A DNA stretch of 63,790 bases, the filler included, from Hyphochytrium catenoides (taxonomy: Eukaryota > Protista > Hyphochytriomycota), in assembly GCA_900088475.1 (NCBI GenBank). It is 15 parts of 15 records of this genome, joined end to end, with 100 filler letters (N's around TTAATTAATTAA, not from the genome) between each part and the next. Parts side by side here need not be neighbours in the genome. Positions count along the whole stretch, not along the records: positions 55,802 to 59,155 come from FLMG01003069.1; positions 59,256 to 60,940 come from FLMG01002430.1; positions 61,041 to 62,223 come from FLMG01001477.1; positions 62,324 to 63,790 come from FLMG01001710.1; 11 more parts are not named here. One strand, 5' to 3'. Positions within the stretch are counted from its first letter, which is position 1. The number at the start of each line of letters is the position of its first letter. Positions 58,593-63,790 of the stretch are shown here, piece after piece. Position numbers and translations under genes: made by a program. The notes below the pieces were generated by a model, which was not told the DNA's origin, searched no databases, and saw only the letters and a list, made by a program, of their open reading frames with translations.

Positions 58593-61055
58593 NNNNNNNN
58601 NNNNNNNNNNNNNNNNNNNNNNNNNNNTGCACACCCTCAAAACTGCTTACTTGTCAGTAGGAAGGTCAATTATTATCCATCATCGCTTACTACGTATTCA
58701 GTAGTTCTTCTTATTTCAAGTGCTGCACCCACCCAAAGGCTCTACATCAGAAGTGTCAGGGTGCAAAATAAGATGGATGATGACTCAGGCCGGTTCGAAG
58801 CCGCCGCCTCTTCTGAAGGGCTGGCTTTTCATCCAGCATACAGCATCCATCCAGGCGTGACTCAACAAACTAACCTGAGTGAAGGTTCTTAAAGAGACTT
58901 CTGTGGACATCGAAAAAGGCTCAAACATGGGACTCCACCATCATAAGTACTCCAACGCTCTTCCTCGATCCTCTTTTTTGTGAGCAGAGAATATCAAATT
59001 GAAGCTCTCACATAGAACGCGAAAGTACGACGAGTCAACGCGTTGAGTTGTTGATGGTAGAAAAGAGGTAGAACTATGTAGCAATTGCGTTGCGATAGTT
59101 TTACCCTCGTGTTGTCCTTTCAAAGCGGAGGGAATGATGAGGAGGAGAAAGAGTANNNNNNNNNNNNNNNNNNNNNNNNNNNNNNNNNNNNNNNNNNNNT
59201 TAATTAATTAANNNNNNNNNNNNNNNNNNNNNNNNNNNNNNNNNNNNNNNNNNNNCTCATGCGCCTATAGTCCCTGTAAGACCGGACTACTAGTTCTATA
59301 GGTCTCAACTCGACTAATAAACCATTCTACTACCCAGCTTGTCGTTTGTTCTGTCTCTCCCTCGTCAGCTTATCAAACTCTGTTCTAAGGAATACCTTTC
59401 CTCTTCTTGACCGTTTCTATGACAAAGAGGTGAGGGTACCCTCCTCCTCCTACTCCGGCGCAACATCTGTTGTTGCTCGAGGAATAGCATAAACGAAGAA
59501 GATAACGAACACAATCAATAGTATTTTTATTCTATCAAGGAGGAAACCACTACCCTGAACAGAGACAGTGGTGAGACGAGGAAGTAACAAGTTCATGGAC
59601 GATGGTTCCTTTTTACTGCAGAGAAGAAGTAAAGAGACAGACAAATGATGATGACATGACATTCTAGACAAGAACAACAATCACGATGATAAGAAGCCTC
59701 CGAGAAAGTAATAAGAATAGTTACGAAGCAAAGAGACATTAGAACTATCATAGCGAAACTAAGCATCATTGTGTTCAAGAAAAAGCAGATGATGCGGTAG
59801 GAAGGAGCGTGTTCGTTCACAAGCATAGCAACTCTGAAAAGAGTCAGACGGCCTACCGACCCTGAAAAGAGTATTATCAGCTCGTGGTATAAAGATAGTA
59901 GAGGTCATATTTAAAATGATGGGAGCTTCTTTTTCGAAAGCATGTTGGGGCTAGATAGCAGTGCGTCGTAGTCACTTCCCTACTACTGTGGTTTTAGACT
60001 GAACCCTTTACCTCCTTCAATTGTGTTTAGCCTAATACGTGGGCCGAAGTCGCATCCACCGCCGTTTTGCTCTCTATACAGGTGACTGGCGATCGGGCAC
60101 AACGGGACGCAGGATGACAGGGCAGATCCAGGAACAGCAACAATCGTCATACGTAGCAACTTCAACATAGATAGACAGCCGCAAGTAGCAGGTAGCAAAG
60201 CAAGCACGACGACGCACGAGCAATAAGCACCACTGCTACTACATACAAATAGAAGAAGCCCTCCACCAGCGACGACGAGAAGACCTCTTGCTGGAAGCTG
60301 GTATTCACAAGACAATACAATTGCACTGTATCTTATTAGCTCTTATTACCAGACTGCGGCAGCCGGTGAAACAGCATCTCAATCAGCACTCTTCTTCCCT
60401 TGCAGCTGGTGCACAGAGATCTGTCATTCGTACGCGGGCGGTGGTGGGCAGCAGGGAGTGATAGGCCGCTGCCGTTATTGATAAATACTCAAACTAGGGG
60501 AAAACAGTACTGTAGAAGCTTTGAGCAAGAAAGAATAGAGTGAACCGTTTTGACCTTCTGCGGTTGAGAAGACCGGTACTTGTATACTTACAGCTCTCAC
60601 ATGAGACTTGCTTTGCAAGTATAGGTATTGTTCTCGTACTTGCGAACAGGCTGAACGGCTGAGCATGTAGAAGGACAAGTTACACAACAGCCCTTTAAGT
60701 ACTTAAGTATATTCAAAAGCTCTTTAATAAATATTGGTAGTAGAGTCACATCCCTACTGAAAGACCCACTGGTGTGCCATTTCTCCACCACTCATCACTT
60801 GTTGTCTGTTCTCCTCCAGCTCCCGCCAGCCACCAGTCATATTGAGTCAGCCACTTGCTCGCCGCTAGTTCCTAGCTCCAGACCTCAAGCTGCCGCTCCG
60901 TCTTCCATCAACAGAGATTGAACATATCCTCTTCATTCTGNNNNNNNNNNNNNNNNNNNNNNNNNNNNNNNNNNNNNNNNNNNNTTAATTAATTAANNNN
61001 NNNNNNNNNNNNNNNNNNNNNNNNNNNNNNNNNNNNNNNNCTTTCTCCGGAACAC

Positions 61056-62048
61056 TTACAAGGGCGTAAGCAACCTCCTCCAGCTCCGTTTGTCGGCCCT
61101 CTTGGTGACGATCTTCACTATCATGTCGAGAAGATTTTGAAGACTCGCGAATATCGCCGCCAGCGCCAATATCTTGTCAAGTGGCTTAGGTATCCACTCT
61201 CTGATGCCACTTGGGAACCAGAAGCGAATCTGATTCCCTATGGTGAAGAAGCGCTTCGGATTTTTCATGATCGTCAACGCTTCACTCTCTAGCTTGGCAA
61301 CCATTCAACCTGATTCTAATGGCTTGACTAGTAGTTTTCGCTGTATTTTCCTTGCCGAGGACGGCAAGCGCTTAAGGAGGGGAGCATGTATATTTTCCTT
61401 CTTTTCATCGAAGTGTTGGGAATGTTTCCATCAAGCCAAAGGTCACGTCCGTTATCAGGAGTGGTAGTCCACACTTGGTTCTCTTGATGACATTCTTTTG
61501 CATGTTTAGCTGATAGTAGTAGTCTAGATCTTGCATGTTTCTACATAGCGATGGGATGTGCGACTGCCCGCGCTCACCGCGCGCTAATCCTAATCTCACT
61601 TCACATTTTCCAGACGATCTGCACTTCAGTTCATTGCGCTAGAGTGTTCTTTCCTAGGCTTCCTCTGTGCCTACCAGTAGCGTACGAGAGAGACGAGACT
61701 CGGGAAGCATTTCGAGAGGCTCTAAACGCTACAAAAAGCGACCTCCGTGATGGGTATTCTCTTTAGGAGTTCCATCCGTATCATTGGTAGCCTTTTCTAG
61801 TCCAGCGGGTGGGACATCGGACAAGAAGTGTTCCTAGGATTTGGAGAAGGGCGAACTGGTTCATGTCATGGTGTCACAGCTCTGACTAGAAGCTTTACCT
61901 TATAGGAACCCCAAAGCACTACCAGTTGATCCTCCGATAAATAATTGGAAGCGCTCTTGCGGGCATGTTTAGAAGTCACTCGGCGCTTTGACAACGGCAT
62001 TGCCTCATCAACTTCATTCAACATCGTCTGTGCTGGCACAGCGGCCAA
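61056..62048 (-). pseudogene. Decayed ORF, possibly a DNA-transposase relic
   Basis: Same-strand, basic-residue-rich ORF fragments broken by stops, with no introns. No catalytic motif is securely identified. Confidence 0.2.
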
Positions 62049-63316
62049 GTTATAATTGGCGAGCCCGAAGGGCGAAGCTTTTTTGTTTAGGTTTTTGCGT
62101 CAGGCGGTGCAGAATTTTTTCCAATTTGTTCGTCCGCGTCTGTCTGTCTGTCTGTCTGTCTGTGTGTCTGTCTGTCTGTCTGTCTGTCTGTGTATCTGTC
62201 TGTCTGTCTGTTCACAGGTAGTANNNNNNNNNNNNNNNNNNNNNNNNNNNNNNNNNNNNNNNNNNNNTTAATTAATTAANNNNNNNNNNNNNNNNNNNNN
62301 NNNNNNNNNNNNNNNNNNNNNNNGAAGCACCAGCGGGATGACGCACTGAGAGGGGTACGGGACTGATAGGCCGTCGTCTCGATGGACGCTTATCTATCCC
62401 TCTTCTTGGCTCCTTCCGCACGTCTCTCCAGACTCAGACCCTCCGTTCTTCTCTTTGTGCATATCCACTGCAAGCTTTGATCTCTTCTCTACGTGGTGGC
62501 AGTACTAGAATCTACGAAATTCAGTCTCCGCCTCCTGCTCTCTCTCATTAACCGCTGCACCTCTTATCTTCAGTCGCTCTTGTCATTGCTGCTTGAGGCT
62601 AACCGTCAAGTCCTGTCAACATACTCTGTCCACGTCTTGTCTCTCTTGTGATGTGTTTCTCGGCTCTTGCGAGGTTTACCCTGTAATCCACCTCTTGGCT
62701 ATTCAAACTAACCCATGGTAATGCCTGTCCACCAGATGCAGACGCTGAGAGAAGAACTTAACACCATCAAGGAGAAATATAAGATTGAGGAGGAGACGCC
62801 GTTGCTAGAGATGGAGAAGTCATTGAAGCAGAAGACTGAAGAGACGATGAAAACTCTCTTCATGTAGCTAACTGCAGCCAACCCTGGAAGCCAGAGACAG
62901 CTTAAAGGACACAACTGCTCCTCTTCTTCCAGCTCACCGTCTCTCGTTGCGGCTATCACCTTTATATCTGCCCTTTCGAAGGGCAAACTCTAGAAAGAAT
63001 GAGGAAAAGGAAGAGGTAACAGAGAAGACACAAGGGGCCCAAGAGGAGGCTTCAGGCGAAGCAAGATCAAGTTAGACAGGATGGCTGATGCTTGCTCCCT
63101 AAAAAGCAGAGTTATCCTAGCCCACAGGGTGTGAGCAAACATTGTTGCTTCTTTGCAGGGCCAGCATGGCTCCTACATCTTCCAAAGCTCCCTTCATAAA
63201 TAGCAATAAATAATAGTAGAGCGAGGATGACGGGCAGTGCCTGATCGGAGATAGGTGCTGCCCCTCTATACGTGTCGTGATCGCCTTGCCTTGCCTCCGT
63301 CTGGCCTCTGTAGGCC

Positions 63317-63721
63317 TTAGAGTTTCTGGAGACTTAGGAAGCCCTGCACGCCTTCATCTCCCTCATAAGTGACGGATACCTCGCTACGAGGAGGAAGAGC
63401 AACGTACTCCTCCAAACTCACGCTAGTCACGTTACCCGCAGAGTGCCTGCCTCTTCTAATGAGCCTGCTCTCTCTCTCTCTTGTCTTTCCTCTCACATTA
63501 TCCACCTCCACACTCTCTACGACTGGTTCTCCGTTAATGAGAAGGCGGACCCTGGGAGTAGTCGAGGTAAAAAAAGCGGCAGAGAGACGGTAGAGACCTG
63601 GAGAGACAGCGGTGATCGCGGTAGAGTTTCTTTCCCAGATGTAACACTCTGGCGCCCGGTTCACGACTTGCACATTCCACGGGACGATGTTGGAGGGAGA
63701 AGTCTGCCCCGTCTTCCATAT
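63317..63721 (-). CDS. Last exon of a protein ending in a C1q/TNF-like beta domain (5' partial)
   Basis: After a TAG acceptor at 63722-63724: IWKTG...VPWNVQVVN...WE...PGLYRL...LLINGEPV...GNVTSVSLEEYVALP...GFLSLQKL-stop. The PGLY motif and alternating beta pattern are C1q-like. Confidence 0.6.
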   Translation of the reverse strand: MWKTGQTSPSNIVPWNVQVVNRAPECYIWERNSTAITAVSPGLYRLSAAFFTSTTPRVRLLINGEPVVESVEVDNVRGKTRERESRLIRRGRHSAGNVTSVSLEEYVALPPRSEVSVTYEGDEGVQGFLSLQKL

Positions 63722-63790
63722 CTATGGTCAAAAGTAGACCCGCTAACGTCAGGACATCAAGCCAACCATGCAGAGGTATCGTCCTTCGTG

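Overview
Eukaryotic DNA, probably from a unicellular protist: GT-AG introns, standard genetic code, abundant (GA)n/(CT)n microsatellites. The window is about 15 short contigs joined by an artificial 100-nt spacer (N-run, TTAATTAATTAA, N-run), so synteny holds only within a contig. Recognisable genes: a 4-TM protein with a Pro-rich tail, a dDENN-ENTH (epsin-like) fusion, a 7TM-RGS protein, an intronless bacterial-style trypsin-like protease, a NIPA Mg2+ transporter, the 3' end of homocysteine S-methyltransferase, sideroflexin, a DUF455 ferritin-like protein, a divergent PP2A B56 subunit, alanine:glyoxylate aminotransferase, a KUP K+ transporter pseudogene and a C1q-like C-terminal exon. Two contigs (2734-7104 and 51818-53851) are nested Ty1/copia graveyards containing three LTR families (A, B, C). 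The main finding is family C, a miniature LTR retroelement (TRIM). Its LTRs carry a tRNA-like gene with A box, B box and a TTTT terminator. The 3' end of that RNA (plus CCA) is complementary to the element's own primer-binding site, so the element appears to encode its own reverse-transcription primer. All calls come from reading the sequence by eye; no database searches were run.
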